The position numbers and the translations under genes are program-made. Shown piece after piece: positions 52,907 through 53,895 of a stretch of 53,895 nucleotides of DNA. The notes beneath the pieces were generated by a model. It ran no database searches. It was not told the DNA's origin and saw only the letters and a program-made list of their open reading frames with translations. This stretch comes from Eubacteriales bacterium (GTDB lineage Bacteria > Bacillota > Clostridia > Oscillospirales > CAG-272): NCBI GenBank assembly GCA_045586345.1, contig JAZNAD010000119.1, positions 1 through 53,895 of the forward strand, given 5' to 3'. Every line of letters starts with the position of its first letter. Positions within the stretch are counted from its first letter, which is position 1.

Positions 52907-53895
52907 TTATTCGTCATCCCCGAATTCACGGAGATCGAACTCATCCTCGTCGTCCCCCTCGGGCAGGGGCTCGTCGGGATCGAGGCTACTGTATTTTTCC
53001 TTGATTCTGGCCTCGAGGGCTTCCATCAGATCGGGGTTTGACTCGAGGAAGAGGCGAGCCTTATCCTTGCCCTGGCCGATGCGCTGGCCGTCATACGAGA
53101 ACCAGGCGCCGCTCTTTTCTAAGAGGCCAAGCTTGATGCCGACCTCAAGGATCTCGGCCGACTTCGAGATGCCGTGGCCGTAGAGGATGTCGAATTCGGC
53201 AGTCTTGAAAGGGGGGGCGACCTTATTCTTCACGACCTTGCAGCGGACGCGGTTGCCGTAGACGTCGCTCCCCGACTTCAGGCTCTCGGTCTTGCGGATC
53301 TCGATGCGCACCGAGGAATAGAACTTCAAAGCGCGGCCGCCCGTCGTGACCTCGGGGTTGCCGTACATGACGCCGACCTTCTCGCGGAGCTGGTTGATGA
53401 AGATGACGACGCAGTTGGTCTTCGAAATCGCACCCGAGAGCTTACGCATGGCCTGGGACATCAGACGAGCCTGCAGACCCACGTGAGAGTCGCCCATATC
53501 CCCGTCGATCTCCTGGCGCGGCACGAGCGCCGCCACCGAGTCAACGACCACGACGTCGATCGCCCCCGAGAGAACGAGCGCTTCGACGATCTCGAGCGCC
53601 TGCTCGCCGCAGTCGGGCTGGGAAACTAAGAGGTTATTGATGTCCACGCCAAGCTTTTTGGCGTACACGGGGTCAAGGGCGTGCTCGGCATCGATGAAGG
53701 CGGCCTCACCGCCCGCCTTCTGGACCTCGGCAATGACGTGGAGGGCGACCGTCGTCTTACCGGAGGATTCCGGACCGTAGATCTCGTCGATTCTTCCTCT
53801 CGGAACACCGCCGATGCCCAGTGCCAGATCCAGCGTCAGAGAACCGGTCGGGATCGCCTGTACATTCATATTGACATTATCGCCCAGACGCATGA
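52907..53895 (-). CDS. recA: Recombinase RecA (N-terminus outside window)
   Basis: GPESSGKTT Walker [18 protein letters not shown] and the acidic C-terminal tail. The frame is open to the window edge. Confidence 0.97.
   Translation of the reverse strand, partial: MRLGDNVNMNVQAIPTGSLTLDLALGIGGVPRGRIDEIYGPESSGKTTVALHVIAEVQKAGGEAAFIDAEHALDPVYAKKLGVDINNLLVSQPDCGEQALEIVEALVLSGAIDVVVVDSVAALVPRQEIDGDMGDSHVGLQARLMSQAMRKLSGAISKTNCVVIFINQLREKVGVMYGNPEVTTGGRALKFYSSVRIEIRKTESLKSGSDVYGNRVRCKVVKNKVAPPFKTAEFDILYGHGISKSAEILEVGIKLGLLEKSGAWFSYDGQRIGQGKDKARLFLESNPDLMEALEARIKEKYSSLDPDEPLPEGDDEDEFDLREFGDDE

Noticed and set aside
1-53895. Prophage, integrative element, transposon, toxin-antitoxin or known defence system.
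   Set aside because: No integrase, transposase, recombinase, terminase, capsid, restriction-modification, Cas, reverse transcriptase or toxin-like ORF is recognisable in any frame. The RHH protein is paired with an SPFH protein, not a toxin.

Overview
This 53.9-kb window looks like a chromosomal segment of a high-GC Gram-positive bacterium, probably Clostridia-like. The organism call is an inference from GGAGG-type ribosome-binding sites (RBSs), SigA-type TTGACA/TATAAT promoters, an AddB-type recombination nuclease, a BclA-like collagen protein and dense start/stop overlaps. Region 1-24.9 kb (mostly plus strand) carries housekeeping and miscellaneous genes: a DUF1846 3' end, Dabb, rlmD, a CatA-like acetyltransferase module, an ECF S-component, GNAT, a soluble 2xHKD PLD, a secreted nuclease lipoprotein, an SPFH + ribbon-helix-helix pair, a pseudouridine synthase, a frameshifted nnr, addB, copA, the collagen-like protein and tRNA-Ser(GCU). 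Region 25.1-47.9 kb is a single minus-strand locus of 23 genes for a Wzx/Wzy-dependent glycopolymer. It contains an aminotransferase plus PglC-like priming transferase, the FnlA/B/C (CapE/F/G) trio for UDP-L-FucNAc, several glycosyltransferases and 2 hexapeptide acetyltransferases. It also contains 2 deacetylase-fold proteins (one frameshifted), TagD, a LicC-like nucleotidyltransferase and 2 LicD paralogues, with a markedly lower-GC core around wzy/wzx. Region 48-53.9 kb carries GtrA, an EamA-type transporter, a GH3 hydrolase flanked by two 5'-truncated gene remnants (AraC HTH, M55 peptidase), recX and a partial recA. I found no CRISPR array, rRNA, integrase, transposase or recognisable phage genes. 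The most interesting items are the hybrid polysaccharide/teichoic-like decoration module with an undefined activated substrate, and the nuclease with its translationally coupled small partner. Others are a tandem-palindrome operator in the SPFH-RHH operon, two noncoding GC-rich regions that each end in an orphan terminator, and two single-base homopolymer frameshifts. All family assignments come from motif recognition by eye and have not been checked against databases.
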